Source: Mobula hypostoma
Lineage: Eukaryota
Reading direction: 5' to 3'
Assembly: GCF_963921235.1 (NCBI RefSeq)
Contig: NC_086099.1
Span: 27,032,001 to 27,096,000 of the forward strand
DNA length: 64,000 nucleotides
The notes under the pieces were generated by a model. That model was not told where the DNA came from. It saw nothing but the letters and a program-made list of their open reading frames with translations, and ran no database searches. Within the stretch, counting starts at the first letter, position 1, and each line of letters opens with the position of its first letter. A program made the position numbers and the translations under genes. Below, piece after piece: positions 24,501-36,356 of this stretch.

Positions 24501-24762
24501 GATCAGTGAGTCATGAAGAGAATAGTCCAACGGTCTCATTGTTGCCTCATCAAAATATTAATTCTCATTTACAAAACCGTTTTTTGTTTAATCTGTGCTT
24601 TTCTAAGGTTTATCATGCTCCATGGAACATATTTCACTTAAGCTTAACTGGCCTGTAATTATTTGGTCTGTCCAAACCTCCTTTTCCTAACGGTGGTACA
24701 AAACCAGCAATCTTTCACTTCTTTGGCTAAAGATATTGAAAAATACTTGGCGTTACAATTCA

Positions 24763-25080
24763 TAAACACAAGTATGTCTGTAGATGCTGGAAATCCAGAG
24801 TAACATGTTAAAAAAAAGCTGGAGGAACTCAACAGGTCAGGCAGCATCTATAGAAATATGGGTATGTTATGTAGGACGAGATGTGAAACATGCTGTCTAG
24901 ACTCTGTGGGGGGGACTTGTGAGTGGTGGCATCTTCTGGGTTATTAAGTGGGCACCCTCTTTCTTCAGTGTTTCGCTGATAGGTCCACGACACCTCTGGA
25001 GGGTTCAGCAGTGAATCCTGGAGTCCCGGGCTCACCCCTAAACAAGTGACTTTTTGGGCCAAGACCCTTCATCATGACTC
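24763..25080 (-). mobile_element. Short PLE 3'-end element interrupted by an ~180-bp insert (24860-25040)
   Basis: 24763-24858 is the PLE tail. 25040-25080 is a decayed hammerhead (minus strand GAGTC ATGATGA AGGGTCTTGGCCC AAAAA GTC). Confidence 0.65.
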
Positions 25081-25244
25081 ATAATTTTCTCCTTAGACTT
25101 TTTTCAACATCCTGGTATATAATACATATGGACTCATTGGCATCATCTTACTCTATTATACAGTTGCTCAAAAAATATTGTAGACAACCACAGCTTCTAC
25201 ACATATTTACCATTTTTTATTTTAGTAAGCTCTACTTTATCCTT

Positions 25245-28200
25245 AATTACACCCTTGAAATAGCCCTCCACAAATCATACCTATTTTTCTGGTACAGGCC
25301 TGGGTCGCCTGACTTGAATGCCAGAGATCTAGCCTTCAGCAGACAATGTACTTCCTGGTTCATCCACGGTTTTTGGTTTGGGAATGTGCAGTAAGTCTTT
25401 GTAGGCACACACTCATCCACACAGGTTTTAATGAAGTCGGTAACAACTGCAGACATGGTCAAGAGATTCAGTCGATATTCAGACCAGAATCAGAAGCAGA
25501 ACCAGATTTAATATTACCGACGTATGTCGTGAAGTTTCTTGTTTAGCAGCAGCAGTACAGTGCAATACATAGTAAAAATAACTGTAAGTGTCTCCTTTAT
25601 TCTTGTGTCAGCATGTTGAGCCCAGGATTGATCTTCAGAGATGTTGACAACCAAGAACTTGAAACTGCTTACCATTTCTACTGCTGATCCCTTGATAAGG
25701 ACCAGAGTGTGTTCCCTCAACTTCCCATTCCTGAAGTCCACAATCAGTCCCTTGGACTTACTGATGCTGAGTGCAAGGTTGGGGTTACGACACTGCTCAT
25801 CCAGCTGATAGAAACATAGAAACATAGAAAATCTTATCTATCTCACTCCTGTACACCTCCTTGTCAACACCTGAAATTCTGCCAACAATAGTTGTATCAG
25901 CAAATTTATAGATGGCATTTGAGCTGCGTCTAGCCACACAATCATGGGTGTAGAGAAAGTAAAGCAGTGCACATCCTTGCTGCTTAGCTGGTGTAGACGG
26001 TCAGTGAGGGGAAGATGTTACTTCCATCCACATTGACAGTGGTCTCCTGATGAGGAAGTCAAGGATCCAGCTGCAGAGGGAGGTACAGAGGCCCAGGTTT
26101 TGGAGCTTGTTGATTAGAAGTGGTATGATTATGTTGAACACTGAGCTGTAGTCAATAAACAGCAGCCTGATGTAGGTATTACTATTGGTCAGGTGATCCA
26201 AGGCCGAGTGAGGAGTCAGTGAGATAGCATCCCCTGTAGACCATTTGTAGCGATAGGCAAACTGCAGCCAGGTCCAGGTCCTTGCTTAGACCGGAGTTGA
26301 TTCGAGCCATGACCAAACTCGCAAAGCACTTCAGTATGGTAGATATGAGTGCAACTAGGTGGTAGTATTTGAAGCAGCTCAGCCTGCCCTTTTGAAGCAG
26401 GTGGGTACCTCCAACAACAGCAGTGAAAGATTGAAGATATCCTTGAACGTTCCTGCTAGTTGTTGACATAGCTTTTCAGAACCCTACCAGGCACACCATC
26501 AGGGCCTGATGCCTTACAAGAGTTTACCCTCTTGAAAGACTATCTGTCATTGGCCTCTGAGACAGAGATCACAGGGTCACCAGGCACTGCCAGGATTCTC
26601 ATTGATGTCACCTTATTCTCCCTGATGTCCCTGTCAAAGCGTGCATAAAAGTTATTGAGCTCTTCTGGGAGTAAGCACCACAACCATTCATGATGTCAGG
26701 ATTCGCCTCGTATTAAGAAATGACCTTCAAACCCTGACGCGCTTCTGATTCGGACTCTAACTTCCATTGGAATTTCTTTTTCACACTTAAATAGCCTTCC
26801 GTTGGTCATACTACTTCTTGTATAGTTCTGGATCACTAATCTTGAATGCTACAGATCTAGCCTTCAGCAGACTATGAAGCTTAGTTCATTCAGAGTTTTT
26901 GGTTTGGGTATGCCCGTTGTGTTCTCGAAGGCACACACTTATCCAATAGCTGTCTAATGGCTCCCAACAATGAGCGGAATAACACCCCCAGAGCTCCATA
27001 GAAGAGCAGTTTCAGCAAAATTTTACAAGTGTATCCAAAATATGCCCAATAGCATCCCAGTTCATAAACTCATCGAAAATGCTCCTCCAAATTCCCAACT
27101 CAAATCCCGAAAACCTTTCTACAACTTACAAAACCTCGACTCCTATGACAAACACACTGAATGGTGCTAGCACTGGCACACCAATACACCCTCTGGCGGA
27201 GATCGGATTGACAGCCCCACCTTGATCCTCCGAGGCTTTACTACGGCTACCAGAAAAAAACTGGACAGCTGCAAATAAACTCAGAAGTCAGAATGCCAAA
27301 ACAGCACAAACACTACACTGATGGGGCACCCAACAAACCCCAGCTTGCAACTGTGGTGCCCTAACCAGGACATCCTCCATCTCCATAACATGCCCTCTCA
27401 CCAAGATCCGAGGTGGCTTTGCCACAACCCATCAACGTGGCCACGAGCTGGAGGAGTGGCTTGACAAAAAACAATTAGAAGTGTGAAGGTAAAGACACCT
27501 GCATTGCGAAACAACTCATCCACACAGGTCTTGGTGAAGTCAGTGACAACTGCAGCATATTTATTCAGCATCAGAGATGAATCCCTGAATATTATCAAGT
27601 CCATTGACTCAAAACAGTCTTGCAAGCACTCCTCCATCTCCCTTGACCATATTTTCTTTGTCCTCACTGCTGGTCTTTAGTCTCAGCTTGCACACCAGGA
27701 GTGGAAGTACAGCAAAGTGATCAGACTTTCCAAAAGTGCAGGCAAGGGATGACATAGTAAGCGTTCCTGATGGTGGTATAATATTGGTCAAGTGTGTTGG
27801 CTCCTCTGGTCCCACAGGAGATACGTCGGTGATAGTTGTTCAGAGACTTCTTCAAGCTGGCCTGGTTGAAATATCGGGAAGGCATCAGGGTGCACTGTTT
27901 CATGTCTGCTGATCTTTCAGCTCCTCCAGTGACTGCCTGACATAGGCCAGGGGTGAAATGTACACCATTGCCGGGCTGATAATGGAAAACACCCTTGGGC
28001 AGATAAAATGGATGACACTTGACCACGACATGTTCCAGGTCAGGTGACCAGGATTGCAACAAAATTATCACTTCTGTGCACCACGATGAGTTAATCATAA
28101 AGCATGCTCTACATCCTCTACCTTTAGAACACTCAAAAGCTGACCTGACTTTTTACTGGATGATGAAGCCCTTGGGCTGCAGTGATGCATCCGAAATGGC

Positions 28201-28600
28201 GTTGGTGAGCCACGTTTCTGTAAAGCAAAGTACACAGCAGTCCCTGATGTCCCTCAAGTAGTGCAAACTTGCTCTGAGGTCTTCAGTTTTATTTTCCAGA
28301 GACCACACACTCAGCAGCAGGACAGTTTGAGTGGAGGTCTATGGTCCCTGCATTTCAATCATACCTCTATACCAACACACATTTCCCGCTTCTTTTCTCT
28401 TAATGGGAAATTGCACTCGCGTCCTAAGTCTGCCATCTGGGGTCCACAAATTTTGAGGATCAATAGATTTTTTAATCATCTTAAAACAATCTTGCTGACT
28501 GAAGTACCCATGGCTATGACTGTGGATTTCAGTTGTAGTTGTCCTAAATGGGAATATCTGATGACTCCCATGGGAGCTGCATGCAAAGAGTCACCAGTTA
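25245..28600 (-). mobile_element. Rex1/Babar LINE, long degenerate composite (APE endonuclease plus RT)
   Basis: Minus-strand fragments ETWL-like, GANTLDQYYTTIRNAY, FGKSDH, CVDECVPTKT...[20 protein letters not shown] and FKFLVVNISED. Confidence 0.9.
26946..27513 (+). mobile_element. Vingi/Ingi-like LINE 3' fragment nested in Rex1
   Basis: Translates to WLPTMSGITPPELHRR...QLKSRKP...WTAANKLRS...LHxWG...PACNCG. TSD ACTTATCCA / ACTCATCCA (26937-26945, 27514-27522). Confidence 0.6.
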
Positions 28601-28619
28601 TTGGTGCTATGTCAGATTA

Positions 28620-29027
28620 TAGAATGAGGAAGAAATGTGATTTAAGTGATTTTTGACTGTGGGTGCCAGACGGGGTGGTTTAAGGATATCAGCATCTGCT
28701 AATCTGGATTTTCATACACAACAGTCTCTAGAGTTTACAGAGAAAGGTGTGAAAACAAAAAAAAAACCCACTGAGTGACAGTTCTGAGGGCAAGAATGCC
28801 TTATTAATGAGAGAGGTTAGAGGAGAGTGGCCAGACTGGTTCAACCTGACAGGAAGGTGACAATAATTCAAATAGCCCTGCATTACAACAGAAGAGCATC
28901 TCTGAACATACAACACGTTGAACCTTAAAGTTGAATGTCGACAGCCACAGAAGACCATGAAGGTAGAGTAGGCTCAGTGGCCACTTTATTAGGTACAGGA
29001 GGTACGTAATAAAGTGGCCACTAAGTG
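28620..29027 (+). mobile_element. Tc1 deletion derivative (left end missing)
   Basis: MRKKCDLSDF transposase start and a terminal TIR-TIR cassette at 28971-29027 followed by TA. Confidence 0.8.
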
Positions 29028-29700
29028 TATGTTGGAATGCATCGAATCCCACGAACCAGTGAAGAGCTTAGTCGGTGTGTTAAAAAGGGCAGAGGTGGTA
29101 GGGATTTTTTTAACGCTACTGTATTTTACTGATATCTTATATGTGCTTGCTATCTAATATGTTCCATGTGCCTTTTGCTGTGTGACTGTTGGCACTGCGT
29201 TTAGCACCTTGGCCCAGGAGGAACACTGTTTCCTTTGGCTGTATTCATGCATGGCTAAATGACAATTACAATTGAACTTGAGCAGGTGATCTGAATTAAT
29301 CTGTCTGGCCCTATAAAAACACCTGATGCGCTGCTGAGGTTTTTCCTCATTCTAGTTACCCCACGAGTTCTTGTATGTGGCCAAAAAAAATGATTAAATG
29401 GTAGCTGGCAATAAATACAATTACTATGAGAAATAATTTTTCCCTGCTGCACACTTGTGTTGGGGTCCAAGCCACGTGCCAATCAGTTCACATGAATATC
29501 TTCATGTTGTGTTCTCCATGCGTGTTTCTGGGCTGCTTCATGATGGACCTCATCAGAGCCAATTTCAGCTCTTTCACAAATTGTACTTTGTAGGCAGAGT
29601 CACTTGATTGCTCTCCTTCATCATCATATCCGTTGTTCTACACATTTTCATTCGATGGATTGTTACACTGGACATTAGAAATTCTGTTGCATCTTACAAG

Positions 29701-29920
29701 ATTAAAGCTGCAGATTGCAGACTGAATCCAAATGAACTTTAAAATGGCTCAAGACTAGTTAAGTTAATGATAAGGCCCTACCCTCCCAGAATGAGAGCAA
29801 TCAACAAGTTGTTTAGTGCCTTGTGCATCGCGAGTGTACACCTGATTACGGAACAGACTTAACTAGTCCTGAGTCTTTTTAAAGTTCATTTTGATTCAGT
29901 CTGCAATCAGCAGCTTTAAT
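29701..29920. repeat. Fold-back / MITE with 64-bp inverted arms and 92-bp spacer
   Basis: Arms 29701-29764 and 29857-29920 are reverse complements with 5 mismatches; ends read TTAA|AG...CT|TTAA. Confidence 0.85.
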
Positions 29921-30569
29921 AGTCTTGTATTGGATCTATTGTGAGACCGTGGCAATGGTACATGTAGCCAGTTGATCACACGGTGAATCAAGTGGGCCTC
30001 CTACACGTGAGAGGCACTGTTTTCTTGCACGGATTTTCGTGTGTGTATGTTTTTCGTCTTGCAGGCCTGGTTCATTGCTCCCGCGCTGTAAGTTGCCCAG
30101 CGAGAGCCAGAACTGCAATGGCCAAGTGGCTATTGAAATCCATTGGGGATTCCCCACGAAGGTTCACGTTCTGCTCATGGCACTCACACTACAGGCACCA
30201 AAGCTTGCCAAACTACTACTGTTAGTAACTTAAAAGGTCGGCACCATATAGTGGGCCAAAAGGCCTGTATTGAGCTGGAGTGTTGTATGTGTACTGTGAC
30301 TAACGTGACTCACACTACTCCATTGTCATTCTTGCTTGTGCATATGTAACAGTTACAGATGAGCTGATCAGAGTAATTAAGTAAAGGTGCCTACAAATCA
30401 TACTGGAGAATAAATATCAGTAAGGAAAGGGCAGCACCATGGCAGAACTACTAGAATTAAACTAGGCTCAGTCCTGTCCTCCAGGACTTGTCTGTATGGC
30501 GTTTCCATTTCACCTCTGTGACCATGAGTTTTCTTCTGGATACTCCTTCTCCTCCCAAATACATATTTT

Positions 30570-31060
30570 CATCTGCCTGTGGCCACGAGAAACTGCAAAG
30601 AGTTGTGAGCACAGCTCAGCACATCACGGAAGCAATGGACTCTGTCTACACTTGTTGCTGCCTCAGTAATACAGCCATAAAGACCACACATAAGCACAGA
30701 CGTTCTCTCTTCATTTCTGCGGACACCCCCCCCTCCCCCCACCACCACTCCATCAGGCAGAGAGAAAAGCCTGAAAGCATGCACCATCAGGCTCAAGGAT
30801 AGTTTCTATCTCCCAGTTAGAATACAACTGAATAGGGTCCTTGTACAATAGACCTTTGACAACTCAATCTCTCTTTTTATGATCTCGTACCTCACCTGGA
30901 TTGTCCTTCCTCTCTAACTGTAACACATTATTCTGCACTCTGTTATTGTTTTACTTTGTACCACCCCAACATATTGTTGTAATGAATTGATCTGTATGAA
31001 TCATATGCTATTTCTTCCACTGTACATCAGTACATGTGACGAAAATAAGCCAATTTATAT
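30570..31060 (+). mobile_element. Rex1/Babar-type 3' fragment
   Basis: KLQRVVSTAQHIT...RLKDSFY and a 3' UTR shared with 48870-49200 and 50270-50400. Confidence 0.7.
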
Positions 31061-32059
31061 CTTTGCATGGAATATGTCCTGTTACCAGTAATACAATTTG
31101 TGCCAAGACAATGTGATGATAATTGATATTTTTTTTCAAAATGATTTAAGGAACAACGGACGCAAAGGCTTAAACTAATCTTTCCCTACATTTCTGGATG
31201 ATTTTGTCAATTATTGGAACAGGGTTTGCAATATTTCTCCTTTCATTATAATAATTAGCTGTAATGTTAAAGTCCGCTTTCCCACTCTAGAGGAAGACAT
31301 GGGAAACATTCAGTGTAGAAATAACAAGACTCTTATGAAATGATTTTTATGGAGTCTGTCTTGGGATTGGCTAATGCTAATTTATGACCTGTTCAGTGAA
31401 TTTCCAAATCTGAGTGGGATGACGCTCCAGCATGGTGTTTTCATTTTAGATGGACTGTTGCTGAGGTGTTGTCCCAGTGCTGGAAGAGATCTAGGAAAGG
31501 AAAACCAGATTTTGGAAAAGCTCTTTGAAAAGCTACATCTGAAGTAATTCCCTGTGGCACATAACAATATTGTGGGAAGTACCAAACTCCCACAAGAGTT
31601 TCTCCAGGAAACATTTCTGTACAATGGTATTTTGCCAAACCTCAGGGCCAAATGCAACACTTTTTTTCTGTCTTGAAACAAATATTTCTGTGTAATTAGG
31701 AAACTAGAAGACAGAAAAGATTCATTTTTGACTTTTCCTCTCTGGAAATTGATAATCACAGAGGCATTTTCTTTTAATAGCACCCCTATAGTTTTGACAC
31801 TGGTAGAGGTGTCTAGAGCTTAAATGTTCTGCCATTAATCTCTCAACACATTAATTATAACATTCTTTCAATCAAAAGTAATATTGCCTACAAGTCAATT
31901 GAACTACTTAAACCTTGGAACTCTCCTGCCCATTTCACAACACATTTTGTGATATCATTACCACATAGGTGTACTGAAAGGGTAGGTCCAGATCACCCAT
32001 GCTGTCCTAACCACTTGCACATAACAGATTCCCAACAGGACATCTTTGTTGCTCTGTAT

Positions 32060-33350
32060 GGATTCAAGATTCAAGATTGTTTAATGTCCTTTCCAGTACA
32101 CAAGTGTAAAGGAGAACGAAATAATTGTAACTCCAGATCTGATGTAGCCCAAAAGAAAACCCACAGTAACATAGAGAACAGAATAATAATTTTAAAAACA
32201 CATATAAATTTCAAAGGATCCGACTCATCCTGGACATCACCTGTTTTCCCCTCTACCTTCTGGGAAGAGATACAGAGCATTAAGGACGAAAACAAAGAGA
32301 CTCCTTAACAGCTTCTACCCACAAGCAGTGAAATGTATAACACCCCCTTCCCTTCTCCTGCCCCCCTCCTAAGACGGCGGCAGCTAAATGCGTCACACTT
32401 CCAGGAATGGCAAGTGTGCAATAGTCTTACCCCACCATCCATATATTATTAATTTTGGACTGCACTCCTGAGGTTTTAGAGTTTACTTTATGTATATATT
32501 CTTTGTCATGCTGCAAAACATTGAGCTGCTAAACTGTGTTTCATTGCTCCATAACAATGACAATAAAGATATTCTTCTTCTTCTTCAGATTATAAATATG
32601 TAAGATAGTTTTTATGCCCATAAAGTGATGCTAGCCACCGGAGCGTCTGTACGTAAGGCGACTAACAGAAATGATAAAGTAATGGTGGTGGGTTAGTAGG
32701 TGGAGGTGTTAATCAGCCTTGCTGCTTGGGAAAAGTAACTGTTATTGAGTCTGGTGATCCTTGTGTGGAGGATCCTCAGCTTCCACCCTAATGGAAGAGG
32801 GACAAATAGTCAATGAGCAGAGTGAGTGGGATCTAGCATGATATTGCTGGCATTTTTACGGCACCTTTCTGTGTATATGTACTTGATGGTGGGTAGGCTG
32901 ATGCCGATGATGCAATGAGCATTTTGGACTATCTGTTGTAGAGTCTTCCTGTCCAGTGCAGTGCAGTTCCCACTTTCTAGGATGCTCTGTACTGCACATG
33001 TGTGGAAGGCTGTGAGTATTGAGGAGCATAGACCAGCTCTCTACACCCTCCTCAGAAATTAGTAGCACAGGTGGACTTCTTTGATTGCATAGCATATGCT
33101 CTGGGACCATGAGAGGTTGTGCGAGATGTGCAGTCCCAGGAGCTTGAAACTGTTCGCTGTTTCCACTGTGCCACCAACGTAAAGAGGGGTGTGAGTTCTC
33201 CTGAATTCGACAACCATCTCCTTTGTCTTGTTGACATTGAAGAAGAGGTTATGTGTGAACAGAGTGTACAGCAGTGGGCTCAGCACACAGCCCTGGGGCC
33301 ACCTATGTCGAGGATGATGGGGAAGGAGAAGCAGTGTGCATCCTGACTAT
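32060..33350 (-). mobile_element. Rex1/Babar LINE fragment
   Basis: LSPLLYTLFTH...NVNKTKEMVVEFRR...FKLLGLHISHNLSWS. Confidence 0.85.
32217..32585 (+). mobile_element. Second Rex1-like 3' fragment nested in opposite orientation
   Basis: DPTHPGHHLFSPLPSGKRYRALRTKTKRLLNSFYPQAVK, followed by AATAAA and a (TTC)n tail. Confidence 0.8.
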
Positions 33351-34352
33351 TTGATATCAGAATCAGAATCAGGTTTATTATCACCGGCATGACGTGACGA
33401 ACACCCATTTGTACAGTGGAGTATTTAGACAAGGAGTAGGAGTTTTTTTATCTACAACATCAGGAAATGATATTAGCAGAAATGATCTAACATTGTTCCA
33501 AAACAATTGTATGAACATGGTCTTCTAGGAAACTATATTTTTCTTTGACTTTTGTTGAAGTATGTGAATGCATAAATCAGGGATTGACTAAGATGGTCCA
33601 ATCTGTCATATTGCTCCCTATAGAATCTAGTGGCAGGACCCTTTCTCTCCCGGACATCCCAGCATTAAATTAAGGAATCACCATATCTGGAACTAGGATC
33701 TGAAACCCCGTTGATTTCAATGGGATATGGATGACAAGATCTATGAGGCAACAAGGAAGTCAAGTTATTTTTAAAATTTATTTTACTTTCCACTAATCTT
33801 TTTTAATTTTAACTTGGAATTGCTTTATTATTGTCACATGTACCAAGATACAGCGAAAAGCTTTTCCTGCATACAGTTCGCACAGATCAGATCATTACAC
33901 AGTGCATTGGCATAGAATAAGGTAAAACAATAACAGAATGCAGAATAAAGTGTAACAGCTACTGAGAAAGTGCAGTGCAGGTGAACAATGTGGTGCAACA
34001 TCATAATGAGATAGACTGTGAGATTAAGATTCCATTATCATACTAGCGAACAATTTAATAGTATTACAACAGCAGGATAGAAACAGTCCTCAAATCTGGG
34101 GGTATGTGCATTCATTCTTAGCTTTTTAATTTTTGTATAAATAAACTTGTGTTTAATTATTGCTATTCTTTCATTACTTTTCCAACTTTAATTTTAATGC
34201 TCAGGACATTTAAAAAGTGTTAAAATCAAAGACAGTTTTCATAGATACAAATCTCCTATCTCAGCTTTATGACGTGTCAGTGCTATTTCAGGGGTAAATT
34301 CTGAGCAGCTCTTACCTAAGGCTCATTAACTGCCAGATCAGGAAGCTGAATG

Positions 34353-34446
34353 CACACAAAATGCTGGAGGAACACAGCAGATCCAGTTGTATCTATGGAA
34401 ATGAATAAACAGTCAACGTTTCAGGCTGAGACACTTCTTCAGGACT
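34353..34446 (-). mobile_element. ~94-bp PLE mini-element (hammerhead plus short tail)
   Basis: The minus strand reads AGTC-CTGAAGA-AGTGTCTCAGCCT-GAAAC-GTT-GACT, then a tail ending TTTTGTGTG. Confidence 0.7.
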
Positions 34447-35258
34447 TATCTGAACTCTGGAGCTCAGGAATCAAGTGATACAGGCCTTGGTTTCAGGTCC
34501 TCATATAATTAAGCATGTGGTATTTGCAGGTCCAGAACTCAGTTACACTAGTCAAGCATCAAAGAAGAATTAGACGAAGGATATCTACAATGTCATTTAA
34601 AAACTGGCTTGATGTCAAATTTAAACTAACACCCACTTGTATCATTCAATCACTAAACTCAAGAGAAAAAGGTTGATCTAAATATGTATTTTTTCCAGAT
34701 TTTCTTCATTTTAATCTGTCACAACATTTTCAATAGAACACAACTGCATATATTGGTGTATTCCTCCGTAGTTAAAAGTAGGTATCTAGAGGAACAGAAA
34801 TTAAAAATAAAAGGCACCGTAGGATTTTCTGGAAAATTTCAACATAATTACATTTTTCCAAAAAATCTGCATGGAACTGATTTACTGGATTTTATTTGGA
34901 AAAATCACTCCACACATATTACCTCCATCATTTGTGTCTCTCCCACGAAAGGTATTCTAAAAACCTTTAACCTCATTTATACATCTTCCCTTCAATGCAA
35001 AATACCATCTCATATAAATCTATGCCCAAGCCATATAATCACAGCATATCCTGATGTCTCCCTACATTGGTACAACTGCATTTTCTGGAGATTGCTAATA
35101 ATTTTCTGGAAACCTGTGCTATAGTTAATCAAGAAGCAGCCAGTCCAGATGCATTTGAACTTTTTCCAAGTCTTCACATCTTTCACAAATGTTCAGAAAG
35201 TGAAGACATACACACACACACACCCTGAATATTAAAGGAGGATGAGGAGAAATAGAAG

Positions 35259-35479
35259 CAACACACACAAAATTCAGGAGGAACTCAGCGGTCCAGGCAG
35301 CATCAATGGAAAAAAAAGTACAGTTGATGTTTCAGGCCGAGACCCTTCAGACAGATCCTTCTCGGCCCGGAACATCGACTGTACTTTTCTCCATAGATGC
35401 TGCCTGGACCACTGAGATCCTCCAGCATTTTGTGTGTTGCTCGGATTTCCAGCTTCTTCTTCACATTTTCTCTTGTTTG
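35259..35479. mobile_element. Penelope-derived head-to-head fold-back insertion
   Basis: Exact 16-bp TSD TGAGGAGAAATAGAAG (35243-35258, 35480-35495). Two inverted PLE 3' ends are joined within the hammerhead core. Confidence 0.88.
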
Positions 35480-35688
35480 TGAGGAGAAATAGAAGTAAGA
35501 TCATCTGACCAACGTTTACAGCAGTAGCATTGAGGTTCTGATGACACTATTACAGTTCAGGGACTCAGAGTTCAGAGTTCAGTTTCGGTGCAGTCTGTAA
35601 GAAGTCTTCTCATTCTTCCTGTGACTGCATTGGTTTCCAGTGGATACTCTGCTTTCCTCCCACACTCCAAAGACCAGTTAGTAGGACG

Positions 35689-36356
35689 AATAATATCTTC
35701 TCGGTCCTCCAGCCAATCACAGGTATCAATTTTAACTGACGTTTCAAAGACAAACTCTGCCATCTTCATCAGGAATGATGCTTGGGCATGTTGAGTCCGG
35801 AGGTACTTATACCCCCGTCGTCCATACGTCCCGATTGGTTAGTCCTCATTCAGTCAGGTTTCCACTGTCTCATCTTGTTTACAATCAAATTCCAGTTCTT
35901 ACTTAGTGAGAGATCTTTGCCTTTGTTAAAATTCTTTTCCTCTAGTTTTATTTCAAAGGCTTCATCACTAGGCAGTCCCAAAAGCCATTGGTATGGCATA
36001 GTAGTTTTGAGCCGTCGAAGTCAATCCTATGGCCATTGCATTTCCAACGTTCTGCTACCACTGATTCCTCTGGATAACACAAACAGATACACCTCCTGTG
36101 CTCCTTGATGCGGGTTTCCACCATGCATCCCATCTGGCCAATATATGCTCCTCTGCATTCACAGGGAATCCTGTAAACGCCAGCCATCCTGAACCCCCGG
36201 TTCATCTTTGACCCCCATTACTTATGATTTGAGCTTTCTCACAGGGTTGCGCATGGTATTTATCCAGTAGTTCTTCAGGATCATGCCCATCCTTCCAGAA
36301 ACTGTGGAAATATAGGGAAGGATCAACAGGATCCTGAAGAAATACCAGATTAATAC
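35689..36356 (-). mobile_element. Penelope/Poseidon-type element 3' fragment with GIY-YIG and a 5' inverted duplication
   Basis: ORF 35948-36205 AGVYRIPCECRGAYIGQMG..ETRIKEH. The pLTR carries CCAAT, TATAA and a hammerhead. 36317-36356 is an inverted copy of 36256-36295. Confidence 0.85.
35725..35779 (-). ncRNA. Hammerhead ribozyme motif (second PLE family)
   Basis: The minus strand reads CTGATGA-AGATGGCAGAGTTTGTCTTT-GAAAC-GTC. The core is intact; stem I is uncertain. Confidence 0.65.

Noticed and set aside
29490-29640. Minus-strand CTGATGA...GAAAC motif and protein-like frame NNGYDDEGEQSSDS...
   Set aside because: Stems II and III and a cleavage triplet cannot form. The frame is bounded by stops, lacks a good acceptor and has no homolog I recognise.
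31382-31783. 133-aa minus ORF and plus-strand leader-like MTLQHGVFILDGLLLRCC
   Set aside because: No recognisable domain, an Asp in the putative hydrophobic core and no good phase-1 donor.
34684-35124. 146-aa ORF
   Set aside because: AT-rich with no motifs; it appears to overlap decayed antisense LINE sequence.
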